In this document: positions 9,833 to 19,228 of the stretch, one piece after another
Layout: each line of letters opens with the position of its first letter
Numbering within the stretch: position 1 is the first letter of the stretch
NCBI GenBank assembly: GCA_903893925.1
Contig: CAITOC010000012.1
Span: 1-59,012 of the forward strand
Reading direction: 5' to 3'
DNA from: Candidatus Moraniibacteriota bacterium
GTDB lineage: Bacteria > Patescibacteriota > Minisyncoccia > Moranbacterales > UBA1568
Length of the DNA: 59,012 nt
The notes under the pieces: model-generated
The model's database searches: none
Told to the model about the DNA's origin: nothing
Seen by the model: only the letters and a program-made list of their open reading frames with translations
Translations under genes and position numbers: made by a program

Positions 9833-11065
9833 ATGAACTACGAAACACCGTCAGAGAGCGGGGTGTTGGAAAAGCACAAACCAAAAGAACTCCCGACACA
9901 GATCGTCGAGTACGGTTTCCACAATGTCTCGATGCTTCTTGGACGGTTCAAAAATGCGCCGGAGGATCTCGAACGGATTCTCAACGATCCGAAAATGTTT
10001 TTTGATTTTCTCGCGGAAGCAGACCACGGATACGGGCAAGAACATCCCGACGAACAACGGACCACTCAGGAACGACTACGCCTCACGGATACTGCACTCC
10101 GTGAATCAAGCATCACGGGTCAAGGCACGTCGAACCTGTTCCGCATTCTCGACGAAGAACACGCGATCAATCTTCCGAAACGGCTCATCGGTCGGATCGG
10201 CCTCCGGGAGATGCGACAGGTTCCCATACTCGACACGATTTCCGGGATGCGTTACCTCGGTATACCGGTCAATCACGATCAGCCTGCTCCGGTCGAAGCG
10301 TTCCGAAAAGGAGCGATGATCCAAGCTGTCGGTGGCGCGGTCAAAGGAATCTTCCCGGAAATCTATCACTACACCGAAGAGCGCGGAGCCAAAGATATCG
10401 AGACCAATCGGCCGATCCCTGGTTTGGAGAACGAAATAATCGCCATGCGTGCGATCATGGAGGTGCTCAACGGACCCTCCATAGCGCAAATCGTCGACTG
10501 CGACGGCATATTCTGGAAGCGACGTTACTCCGCCCGAAAGCCCGAAGAAATCATGGATTTCCTGCGAAGCAACGAGTATCGGGAGTACATCCGGTATAGT
10601 GTCGAGCGCTCAGCTGAACGCTGGCCCGGACTCCTCGACATCGACTGGGACCATCTTGGTGATGTCTTCGAATCCAAGATGCGATTCATGAACAGTCTTT
10701 GTGGCGGCGTATCGATGCTTCACCGCGATCTCCATTTCGGCAACAGTGCGCTGCTCTTCAAAGACCGGGAAGGCCATACTCCGGATTCGCGGCTCATTGG
10801 TATGATGGATTTCGACCTTTCCGCCTTCTCGACGGTTCAGGACTTCGGAGATCACCTCGGCGACTATCTCAACGAGGGAAAATCTACCTCACTCGGCGAA
10901 CAGCATTTCATGCCCGATCATCTGTCCGGAGACCGGACACCTCTCAAGAAAATAATCCGGATGGATGCCTCTGCTCATCATCGTCTCATGTTTTCGATCA
11001 TCGGCGATATCGTCCGGGATATTCGGAAAATGAAATCGACGAACCGCATGCGGATGCGGGCCTGA
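9833..11065 (+). CDS. Hypothetical protein with protein-kinase-like (APH/ePK fold) catalytic motifs
   Basis: LHRDLHFGN followed by MMDFD. Confidence 0.55.
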   Translation: MNYETPSESGVLEKHKPKELPTQIVEYGFHNVSMLLGRFKNAPEDLERILNDPKMFFDFLAEADHGYGQEHPDEQRTTQERLRLTDTALRESSITGQGTSNLFRILDEEHAINLPKRLIGRIGLREMRQVPILDTISGMRYLGIPVNHDQPAPVEAFRKGAMIQAVGGAVKGIFPEIYHYTEERGAKDIETNRPIPGLENEIIAMRAIMEVLNGPSIAQIVDCDGIFWKRRYSARKPEEIMDFLRSNEYREYIRYSVERSAERWPGLLDIDWDHLGDVFESKMRFMNSLCGGVSMLHRDLHFGNSALLFKDREGHTPDSRLIGMMDFDLSAFSTVQDFGDHLGDYLNEGKSTSLGEQHFMPDHLSGDRTPLKKIIRMDASAHHRLMFSIIGDIVRDIRKMKSTNRMRMRA

Positions 11066-11103
11066 TTCCGCACCAAACGACGAAAGTGATACCGTACCAT
11101 TCA

Positions 11104-11973
11104 TCAGAATACCGATACCGCAACCGCACCGACGATCGCGAGCGCCATACCCGCATACTGCCGGAGCGAGAGCTTCTCCCCGAAGGCGAAATGCTCGTAC
11201 GCCGCCGAGACGACCGGGTTGGTCATATTGAGGATCGCGACAATCGCGACGGCGGACGTCGTCAGACCGAAATCGTATGCGACCACGCCGATGACGCCAA
11301 ACACACCGACCAAGGCGATCGGAATGTGGAAATCCTTCGTGAGCGCAAACGACTCCCGTTTCGACCGAAGCCGAAGCGCGGCGAACGACAAGATGACGGT
11401 CTCGACGATGAACGAGGTCGGGACCGGACCGATCAACCCGATCGGATATCGGAAAAGAAACATCACCACACCCCACCCGAGACACGCGGCCACTGCGAAC
11501 GGGATCCCGCTCTCATGCCGGAGCAAAGCCGAGTTCTTCCAATCACTGAAATTGACCGAGAGCAGGATTACGCCGGACAGCACCAAGAAGAGTCCATAGA
11601 TGCGATACGCGCCGAACGGCTCGCCGAGGATGAACACCGCGAGCATCGCCGTGATGACCGCCGACGAATTCGAGATCGGTGAGACTACGCCGACCCGTCC
11701 GTGCGATATCGCCCGGAAGAAAAAGTATATCGGCAGATACCCGATCATCCCGACTCCGAGCGCGAGCGCTATCCCCTGCCACGTGATCGCTTTTGAGGAA
11801 AAGAGAAAAAGAAGCGGGATATGCAGCGTCACCATCACGACCCCGCGCCAAAAAAGCGCCCGGTCGCTCCCGAGTGCCCGGACCGGTTCGCGCGCGATCA
11901 CTCCCGACAACCCGCTCCCGACCATCGCGATAAGCCCGAACAGTATGGCGTATTGGATTCCCATAGAAGTCAT
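11104..11973 (-). CDS. EamA/DMT family transporter
   Basis: About ten hydrophobic segments in two repeats, ILGE/FGEKLS motifs. Confidence 0.85.
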   Translation of the reverse strand: MTSMGIQYAILFGLIAMVGSGLSGVIAREPVRALGSDRALFWRGVVMVTLHIPLLFLFSSKAITWQGIALALGVGMIGYLPIYFFFRAISHGRVGVVSPISNSSAVITAMLAVFILGEPFGAYRIYGLFLVLSGVILLSVNFSDWKNSALLRHESGIPFAVAACLGWGVVMFLFRYPIGLIGPVPTSFIVETVILSFAALRLRSKRESFALTKDFHIPIALVGVFGVIGVVAYDFGLTTSAVAIVAILNMTNPVVSAAYEHFAFGEKLSLRQYAGMALAIVGAVAVSVF

Positions 11974-11983
11974 TTATGAACTC

Positions 11984-12081
11984 ATACCGAACTTGATGTG
12001 ATATATTGCTACCGGAGGAGTTCGCCCCGCGAATGCCGGGGCGAACTCTTGAACGTAACGGAGGTTCAGGTAATTTAGTAT
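11984..12081 (+). mobile_element. ~100-bp MITE/REPIN-like element, copy A
   Basis: ATACC...ACTTGATGTG..TTGCTACCGGAGGAGTTCGCCCCGCGAATGCCGGGGCGAACTC.TGAACGTAAC; near-identical to 14765-14868 and 47573-47676. Confidence 0.75.
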
Positions 12082-12164
12082 CAGCTCATCCGACCTTTCT
12101 CCTCCGCCTACTCCCCTTTCCGAGGGGAGCTCCCCGCCTTGCAAGGTGAGGGGTTGGAGTATTC

Positions 12165-12683
12165 TCACTTCTTCTTTTGCCGTTCCTCCAAGATATCATA
12201 AAACGGGTCGGCCTTCATGATCGTATCGCCGACATCCGCCAGCGCATATTGATGGATGAAGAGCGAAAACCCGAATGTCGGCAAATTCCGATTGAGGAAA
12301 TACATCCGTCCGATCGAAACCTGATTCACCGTGAACATCCCCGAATTCACCAGGATCGATTTCAAAACTCTATTTTGGGTGTGACACCAGAGAAAACAAT
12401 CCCTATTCAAATATGGCTCAGTTGAAAAATCCCCTATCAGAAGAAGCGTCGAAAGATTATTCCGGTTCCATATTTTCTTCTCGCTCGCATGATGCTCACG
12501 CAGATATGCGAACACGTTTTCAAGCGTCTCCCGTTTATCCTTGCCACGAAGCTCCATCGCAAGTGCCACAATCGCCGGATACCGTTCGACCTTCCCGGGC
12601 AGCATATAGTTCGGATACAGCACGAACGGCAACACCTTCAGGAGAAGGATGTATAAAATAAGAAGGGAGATAAAAATACTCAT
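12165..12683 (-). CDS. Membrane-anchored hypothetical protein, possibly transglutaminase-like
   Basis: N-terminal TM; WCHTQN, IHQYAL and ADP give Cys-His-Asp order. Confidence 0.55.
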   Translation of the reverse strand: MSIFISLLILYILLLKVLPFVLYPNYMLPGKVERYPAIVALAMELRGKDKRETLENVFAYLREHHASEKKIWNRNNLSTLLLIGDFSTEPYLNRDCFLWCHTQNRVLKSILVNSGMFTVNQVSIGRMYFLNRNLPTFGFSLFIHQYALADVGDTIMKADPFYDILEERQKKK

Positions 12684-12789
12684 GTATTTGATAACAATAT
12701 CTGTCTTTCCCCGTATATCCCATGAACCGGATCATGCCGAACCCCACCGATTTTCTCGCTGACACTCTTCATTTTACCGTATCTCTTTC

Positions 12790-12821
12790 CGTACTACCAT
12801 ATTACGTAATATGGTAGTACG
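12790..12821. repeat. Perfect 32-bp palindrome
   Basis: CGTACTACCATATTAC|GTAATATGGTAGTACG. Confidence 0.85.
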
Positions 12822-12974
12822 CTCGTGGTTCATCAGTTAAATATCACAATAAACTATTTTCACAAAAAAAAGAAGGCTTATTAAGGCCTTCTTTATACTG
12901 AATATCCGATTTCGGATCAAACCGGTCGGAAAGGCGGATATTCATCCGCCTCACCGCCAGACAAAGAACACGAG

Positions 12975-13562
12975 TCAGCGATTCACCACGATCAGGCGAG
13001 CATTTTTCGGTAGCGACGATTCATACGGTTCTTCGAACCGCCTGAGAAGCGTCGTGTCGCCTGGACATCCATCCATATATGGAGGTACGGCTCCGCGATT
13101 TTCGCATGTACACACGCCCGTCGCCTCACATTTCGACGCAGTGAAATCCCGCGGCTTCGCATCGAACGGCTCAATGCCCTGTATGCGACACCTGACCTTG
13201 CGACTGCACTTGGCAAGGAATTCGTCCACCATCCCGTCGAGCAGTCTCTTGATTTCCTCCGCCTTCATGATGCAGCAGTGCATAGCGAGGACGAGCCGCA
13301 ATTCACGTTCGCGTGTTCCGATCTTGTCATACAGGTCCCGGTTCGGAAGCGCGTCACGGAGATAGAAGTGGAATCGTGTTTCCACCATCCGAAACGCCTC
13401 GTACCACATCTCGTACCGATTGCAAAAAATCAAGATCCACGACTTGAATTCATCGGGATGCATCGCCTGTCCGAGAAATGCCAAGGCCTCATCCGTGGTC
13501 TGGACACCGCTAAAGGGTAGAGCATCAACTCCTCCTTGAAAAACGCTGATCGGTTTTTTCAT
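12975..13562 (-). CDS. Cys-rich hypothetical protein, paralog of 15364-15972
   Basis: RLVLAMHCCIM and TGVCTCE..PPYMDGC..D.TLL motifs shared with the paralog. Confidence 0.65.
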   Translation of the reverse strand: MKKPISVFQGGVDALPFSGVQTTDEALAFLGQAMHPDEFKSWILIFCNRYEMWYEAFRMVETRFHFYLRDALPNRDLYDKIGTRERELRLVLAMHCCIMKAEEIKRLLDGMVDEFLAKCSRKVRCRIQGIEPFDAKPRDFTASKCEATGVCTCENRGAVPPYMDGCPGDTTLLRRFEEPYESSLPKNARLIVVNR

Positions 13563-13785
13563 GTTCTCTGATTGTTTCGTTATGGGAAAGTACTCTGAAA
13601 TCGTCAGAGGTACCCTACTCCATTCTTGGAAGAGAATCAAGTCTCACGGTTGCAAATATCCGATTTCGATAAAAAAAGAAAGCTTATTAAGACCTTCTTT
13701 AACGTCACTTTTTGTTCAAAAAAATCCGGTCCGAACGCCTGTGCGTCGAACCGGATACTGCAACAATCATACGCAGGTCTCTGAA

Positions 13786-14607
13786 TCAAACGTGTTGATT
13801 CGTTTCGCCGGTCAGTTTCCTTTCCTGTTTGATGAACTCAAATATGAACGGAGCCCAGACCGTACTCGCCATAAGCATAGTCGCCGCGGTGACAAGTGAA
13901 ACATAATTAGGATTCGAAAGAATCGCGCTCCCCTCACCGTTGAGCGATGGAAGCAAAAAGAACGAAAACGGAACAAGCGCAACAAGCAAGACTGGTTTTG
14001 CAAACGCGCACCATGAGGCGCTTTCCATGAACGGTTTTTTCTCTGATCCGACCCGCACGATCGCCGGCGAGCAGAAGATCAACACGGCACCGGCAACCGC
14101 AAACAGGGCCGGCATGCTGAAAACGATGGACGATGTCTGATTCCAGGAAACGACCGTTCCCCATACGCCGAAAAGCGCATAGAGGAATCCGATGACGCAG
14201 AAGTCGACGATTTCCAACACCTTGTCGGAAACGGCACCGCTCGGTTTTTTCAGAAACCATGATACCGGAACCATAACCAGACTGAAAGACATAATGTTCA
14301 GACGTACGTCGGAGAAACCGACCGCACTCGAGAAGTATCCGGTAACGACAGCGAAGAGAACGAAAAATACGGCTGCACCGGCATTTAGCTTGGTCAATGG
14401 CCATCCGAGCTTTATCCTGGTGTACCATATCCGCCAGGCCGTAAACGCGAAAAGCGATGCGAGTGTCAATGGTAAAACCCAAGCCGCTGGATTGCCGGTA
14501 CGAACACTGAAAAGGGCCGCGAAACAATATATGATGATAACGAGCGGCAGCGATATCTTCAGTTCTCCATGATAAGGAAACGTGTTCGTAAGATTCGAAT
14601 GAGTCAT
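13786..14607 (-). CDS. Polytopic membrane hypothetical protein
   Basis: About eight hydrophobic segments; RBS GGAGGT upstream. Confidence 0.65.
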   Translation of the reverse strand: MTHSNLTNTFPYHGELKISLPLVIIIYCFAALFSVRTGNPAAWVLPLTLASLFAFTAWRIWYTRIKLGWPLTKLNAGAAVFFVLFAVVTGYFSSAVGFSDVRLNIMSFSLVMVPVSWFLKKPSGAVSDKVLEIVDFCVIGFLYALFGVWGTVVSWNQTSSIVFSMPALFAVAGAVLIFCSPAIVRVGSEKKPFMESASWCAFAKPVLLVALVPFSFFLLPSLNGEGSAILSNPNYVSLVTAATMLMASTVWAPFIFEFIKQERKLTGETNQHV

Positions 14608-14764
14608 GATGAGCCACCTCCCGTGGCGTACCTATTGATTGATGGAAATGAACTACGGGGTGAGCATAACAAAAATAGCATCCGCCCACAAGGTCCCTCC
14701 AAAACGGGGGAAACAGACAGTCGACCGTCTGTTTCTTGTATCAGCACGCCTTTACTGCCATATT

Positions 14765-14868
14765 ATACCGAAATAACTTGATGTGTTATTTATTGCTACC
14801 GGAGGAGTTCGCCCCGCGAATGCCGGGGCGAACTCCTGAACGTAACAGTGATTCAGTTAATTTGGTAT
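14765..14868 (+). mobile_element. 104-bp MITE/REPIN-like element, copy B
   Basis: Ends ATACCG/TGGTAT, central hairpin GGAGTTCGCCCCG-N7-CGGGGCGAACTCC. Confidence 0.78.
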
Positions 14869-15052
14869 TACGTACTATGGCAGCAGGGTTATCTCGTACG
14901 ATCGATATATCGTGCAAATCGAATTTTGATAAAAAAAGAAAGCTTGGACAAGCCTTCTTTAACATCGTTTTTTGATTTCAGGAAAAACCGAAAAAAAACC
15001 ACCGAAGTCAGTGACTCCACTGCGGGGACAGAAGGAGCTTTTCAAGATAACA

Positions 15053-15217
15053 TCACTTCGCCAAGGCGCTCACCGCCAGGCCGATGTAATACGGCCACAA
15101 AACGATCGCGAGCACTCCCTGCCAGAAACCAAGATGCAGAAAACCGATCGAGAACAGCCATCCGGCAAACCAGGAGAAGGCCGTGAACCCGTGTTGTTCT
15201 ACCTTTATCTTTTCCAT
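15053..15217 (-). CDS. 54-aa small membrane protein (absent from ORF track)
   Basis: MEKIKVEQHGFTAFSWFAGWLFSIGFLHLGFWQGVLAIVLWPYYIGLAVSALAK; Trp/Gly-rich two-TM pattern. Confidence 0.7.
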   Translation of the reverse strand: MEKIKVEQHGFTAFSWFAGWLFSIGFLHLGFWQGVLAIVLWPYYIGLAVSALAK

Positions 15218-15363
15218 ACGCGTACGGATAACGGATAACCGGAGCGATGCTCCGACATCATTTTCCCACCGACTAGGACGGCTGTAAAGAATCCGTCAAG
15301 ACTCTTCTGGAAACAAAAAAGGCGAAGCTATTAATGCTTCGCCAACCAATCATGCGTCATAAT

Positions 15364-15972
15364 TCAGTGGCACCTGCGACCGTAACTTGTTCCATAGTCG
15401 CCATCGTCACCACTCCACTGTTCCGGCAACAGGAGTCCGGTTTTATCTTTTGAACAACCGCCTACAAACGGAGGGGCTTTGCATTTTTCGCAGAAACAGA
15501 TACCGGTCTTTTCCCAGTCAGACCATCCGGCAGCCCGCCAGTTCATCATGCTGATTGCTTCCATGGCATCCGGATCCAAACCGAAACGCCTATAGCTCGC
15601 CCGTACCACAACGATACTCGGAATCTTTCTCATCTCATGACCGAGAGACCCGAGCAACCGGTCACTCGCCACGATACAACATCGCATCGCATATCTGAGA
15701 CGCGCCTGCAGCTCATACTCTCCGATCCGATCGCCGTACCGGTCAAGCAGTGCGGTGGCACCGTCATACAGCGCTTCATAAAACGAATACCGTATGCTGA
15801 CTCGAAGGAGTGCTTCATAGACGAGCGAGGCATCCCGTAGAATAGCCCTTCTTTCATAGTCATCCGCATCGTGCGGAATATATTTCCGAATCTCTTCTTT
15901 GAACAGGACAAGTGCCGAAGTAACGCGGGGCACGATCGTGCCCCTTCCGTATATGATCAATGATGAGCTCAT
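15364..15972 (-). CDS. Cys-rich hypothetical protein, paralog of 12975-13562
   Basis: RLRYAMRCCIV and TGICFCE..PPFVGGC..DKTGLL; RBS GGAGG. Confidence 0.65.
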   Translation of the reverse strand: MSSSLIIYGRGTIVPRVTSALVLFKEEIRKYIPHDADDYERRAILRDASLVYEALLRVSIRYSFYEALYDGATALLDRYGDRIGEYELQARLRYAMRCCIVASDRLLGSLGHEMRKIPSIVVVRASYRRFGLDPDAMEAISMMNWRAAGWSDWEKTGICFCEKCKAPPFVGGCSKDKTGLLLPEQWSGDDGDYGTSYGRRCH

Positions 15973-16186
15973 ACGCCTCCCTGAAAACTGTTAAACAGCC
16001 ATGCCGACAGTGCCAACACTCTATCGCGTCCAAACCGAAAAATCAACCCTTATACCCGACCATATTCAGGAAAAACCACGTCAAACCGACAAAAATCGTT
16101 TCGATCAAAAAAGAAGGCTTATCAAGGCCTTCTTTTTCATTCAAAACTGATTTCATACAAAAATGACGGTTCACCGCTTTTTCCGA

Positions 16187-16807
16187 TCAGTCACCCAAAG
16201 CACGAAGAACCGCTTCCACGTCATCAGGATTCCTGGTGACTTCGATACACGGGAAACCGTATCGCTCCGCCTCAGCCTTGAGCGCGCGACCGAACGCGAG
16301 CGACCATTCGACTTCCTTTTCTTTGACGTCGTCGGGATATGCTTTCGCATCGTCCCACAATCCGCGCGAGAAGACGACCTCCCGGATCCGGTCCGCGTCC
16401 TCATCGACGAGAAAGACGGCCCTGATATCCCGGTCGTCCCCGAAGTCCTGTGCGACCAGATGAGGAAGGATATGCACCCCCTCGACGATGAACCGGCCGT
16501 GCCACGGATATTCGTCCTCAATGAATTTCTTCACGCCCGCCCAAACCACCTCACCCTGTTTCATTTCCATGTCCGCGATCTCCTCGGCGGAAAATTCCGT
16601 GAGAAACCGCTCGGCCGTATATCCCTCCGGATCGAACAGCGTCGGCATATCTTCGCGTCGTGCCACGGAGCGCATGATGTCGCGTAACTGGTCGGTCGAG
16701 ATCCACGGGATGTCGAGCCGCTTCGCGAGCAGTTTGGCCAATGTGGATTTCCCCACCGTCGGCGCCCCACCGATGAGTATGATATTGCGTCCCGTTTCTT
16801 GTCGCAT
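16187..16807 (-). CDS. P-loop kinase (2-phosphoglycerate kinase-like/AAA_33)
   Basis: GGAPTVGKST Walker A, WISTDQLR, IVEGVH. Confidence 0.8.
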   Translation of the reverse strand: MRQETGRNIILIGGAPTVGKSTLAKLLAKRLDIPWISTDQLRDIMRSVARREDMPTLFDPEGYTAERFLTEFSAEEIADMEMKQGEVVWAGVKKFIEDEYPWHGRFIVEGVHILPHLVAQDFGDDRDIRAVFLVDEDADRIREVVFSRGLWDDAKAYPDDVKEKEVEWSLAFGRALKAEAERYGFPCIEVTRNPDDVEAVLRALGD

Positions 16808-16993
16808 ATGATTACTGTCAGTTCTTTACCCGACCCAACATACATATTATACCGCAGATCTCCCATCCATGCGCGGTGGCATCTCACATGGTACCGACAT
16901 ACAAACACGACACACAAATATCATTGACACATGGTCTATGATACGCTACGATACGGTTTCTTTTCCAATCATCTAACCGAAAAGGAGGCACAC

Positions 16994-17290
16994 GTGCAAT
17001 TTACCATATCGGTAGTCGGCAACAAAGGTGTCGAACTGAAACATTTTCCCTTCGAGGCAAGCTTCTGGAAGACCGTCGAGGAGATGGTCGAAGAGATGGG
17101 ATTGAAAGGTCACATCGACAGCGGACGGAAGACCTGTCGGATCGTGGAAATCCGCGTGTTCGTCCACGAAGAACCGTTCCTGGTCGCACGTCTCGTGGAC
17201 GACTTTCCGACGGATCGCTTTCAGAAAAACGATCCGGGATGGGCAAAAGGCTGGAACTATGTCTTTTCCTTCCCGAAGCCGGTCACATGA
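16994..17290 (+). CDS. Hypothetical protein
   Basis: GTG start after AGGAGG; promoter TTGACA (16924)-N17-TACGAT (16947). Confidence 0.55.
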   Translation: MQFTISVVGNKGVELKHFPFEASFWKTVEEMVEEMGLKGHIDSGRKTCRIVEIRVFVHEEPFLVARLVDDFPTDRFQKNDPGWAKGWNYVFSFPKPVT

Positions 17291-17430
17291 CATGACGAGT
17301 CGTAGAAACCGCGGCATGAACGAACACGATGAGGCTAACCGATCAAACGGAAGCCTCTTTTTTTATTTCTGAAAACGTTCCCGACACCGACATCCGGATC
17401 TCCCTGTCCGGATACCCGGTGTATTTCCGT

Positions 17431-18045
17431 TTACACTTCCAATAGTTTCTTCTCGCCATCCTCAATAATGATCGCCTGTGAATCATTGAGCCGGACCAAT
17501 GTTCGACCCTTTCCATAATCCCTTTCCGCCCGCTCCAGATACGGGAGATACTCCGGACGGTCGGCATGCGGCAAGACGACGAAATCGACGAGTCCGAGCC
17601 CTTCGTACGAGGCCAGCGTTTTCCCAGAGTCCCCTTCCTCATATATCTTGTCCACCTCGATATCGGGGCCCGCGAGAAGCGACCCGGCACTCGATCCGAC
17701 ATATATTTTTCCTGCCCGCACAAGCTTCCGGACGATGTCTATGAATCCGCTCAGTTGCGCCTGCTCCAGTAAATATGAAGTATTCCCACCGGCAACGAAG
17801 ATGATATCCGACTCTGAAAGACGCTTTCTCAGGACTTCTCCGTGACAGGTCTTCAAATCGACATCTTCGACACGGAATCCGAGCCGGATAAGCGCAGTTC
17901 GATCATCCTCAACCCACGGATGTGGATCATAGATATCGCTCGCCGTCGGAATGAACGCCACCCGAGTCTCGGCAGCCGGCTTCGGTAAAAACGGCACGAG
18001 CCTGTTGATCGTCTTCGCCGCAGTCGATGTGAGATAGATGAGCAT
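17431..18045 (-). CDS. Peptidase S51 (dipeptidase E-like)
   Basis: FIPTAS, IFVAGGNT, GSSAG nucleophile, VLPH. Confidence 0.88.
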   Translation of the reverse strand: MLIYLTSTAAKTINRLVPFLPKPAAETRVAFIPTASDIYDPHPWVEDDRTALIRLGFRVEDVDLKTCHGEVLRKRLSESDIIFVAGGNTSYLLEQAQLSGFIDIVRKLVRAGKIYVGSSAGSLLAGPDIEVDKIYEEGDSGKTLASYEGLGLVDFVVLPHADRPEYLPYLERAERDYGKGRTLVRLNDSQAIIIEDGEKKLLEV

Positions 18046-18091
18046 AAAAAGTTAGGGCATATTAATTGATTCCTCAAGCCCTTCCTAGGCG

Positions 18092-18168
18092 GGACCAGAA
18101 AAAAGGTCAAGTACATTTATTCCATCTTTCACCCCATTTTCCTCCCATATTCCCCCGTTGTAAAGCGG
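18092..18168 (-). repeat. ~77-bp direct repeat carrying a minus-strand promoter-like motif (other copies 18287-18354, 20691-20767; looser at ~21550-21580 and ~22497-22530)
   Basis: GGTCAAGTACATTTATTCCATCTTTCACC..ATTTTCCTCCCATATTCCCCC.TTGTAAAGCGG; minus strand reads TTTACA-N17-GAAAAT. Confidence 0.8.
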
Positions 18169-18221
18169 TCAAGTAAATCGACCCCTATTCATAAAACAAC
18201 TCGTCGCTCTTCAAAAAATAC

Positions 18222-18251
18222 GGCACGAGCTGACGGCCGTCAGCTCGTGCC
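18222..18251. repeat. Perfect 30-bp palindrome of the GACGGCCGTC family
   Basis: GGCACGAGCTGACGG|CCGTCAGCTCGTGCC; relatives at 20815-20848, 21455-21474, 21624-21657. Confidence 0.85.
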
Positions 18252-18371
18252 ATCATCGAAGCATCATCATAACAAGAAATTATAAGAGGTCAAGTGCGGT
18301 CATTCTTCCTCTTTCATCCCCATTTTCCTCCCATATTCCCCCGTTGTAAAGCGGATTTCGATACGATTGGG

Positions 18372-18400
18372 TTGACAGAACGAATTCATTGTTATATACT
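18372..18400 (+). promoter_or_regulatory. sigma70 promoter of 18456 ORF
   Basis: TTGACA-N17-TATACT. Confidence 0.7.
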
Positions 18401-18455
18401 GCGCTATAATCTTTGCACTTAAACAACTTTCGAAGCCATCTCAACGGAGAGATAA

Positions 18456-19070
18456 ATGAAATTAGAAAAACAGCCGAAAACGGCGGTCGAATACTGGGAA
18501 GCCATTGAATATTTTGGCGGGAAACAGTTTTGGACCGATCATGATCTCGCGGACGGACGGACATCGGACCCAGACGGACGATTGCCTGTAGCGTATATGA
18601 GCGAGTCCGAAATCCAGAACAAACTCGTCTGGGAAGTGTGCAAGAAATTCGGCATCATCCATCCGAAAGATATGCCGAAAACGGAGTTTGGCAAAATGCT
18701 TCCGAAGCCACCAAAAGGGGAAATCTATTACTGGGATTGGTACGGCATAATGCAAAACGTATTGCTGAGAAAAAAATTCAACGAGACGATCTGCTCGGCT
18801 TGTCCCTTCTGCAGGCATGTACCGAATGGATCCATCCCCTGCGAACTCTTCCGCGGGATCGGCACGTTGTACCATCTGTCGAACCCGACCGCCTGTGTCA
18901 TCATGAACGAACGACAGTCATTGATGACACAGTCAGAATTCGAAAAGAAAGTACGCCGGATGCACGGGAAAAAGGCTCTCTGGCAATTCCAGAGGAAATA
19001 TCGGAAGATGATGGAGGAAACTGATTCACAAAAACTCGACATTCAGGAGTCGACGAAGATTCCGGCGTAG
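18456..19070 (+). CDS. Hypothetical protein with Cys cluster
   Basis: CSACPFC..IPC..AC; own promoter; terminator CGGATAGGTTC-CTC-GAACCTATCCG plus T-run at ~19096-19126. Confidence 0.65.
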   Translation: MKLEKQPKTAVEYWEAIEYFGGKQFWTDHDLADGRTSDPDGRLPVAYMSESEIQNKLVWEVCKKFGIIHPKDMPKTEFGKMLPKPPKGEIYYWDWYGIMQNVLLRKKFNETICSACPFCRHVPNGSIPCELFRGIGTLYHLSNPTACVIMNERQSLMTQSEFEKKVRRMHGKKALWQFQRKYRKMMEETDSQKLDIQESTKIPA

Positions 19071-19228
19071 TTGCAGAAGTGGCCTTGGCCACCATCGGAT
19101 AGGTTCCTCGAACCTATCCGTTTTTTGACCTACCAATTTTTTGCTTCAATAAAGACATTATCAGACCATTGACTTAGTGACTGAAAAGGAGTATAATACG
19201 GGGTTATTTTACAAACCCTTATCTGGAG

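Larger units (their letters stand above)
12864..16135 (-). repeat. Repeated terminator-like module (copies 12864-12894, 13671-13700, 14931-14960, 16107-16135; divergent copy 15315-15343)
   Basis: AAAAAAGAA(G/A)GCTT-loop-CCTTCTTT, three copies preceded by TTT(C/T)GAT. Confidence 0.8.

Noticed and set aside
12864..16135. Classical integron with attC sites
   Set aside because: No RYYYAAC/GTTRRRY boundaries or tyrosine integrase seen; kept only as a cassette-like observation
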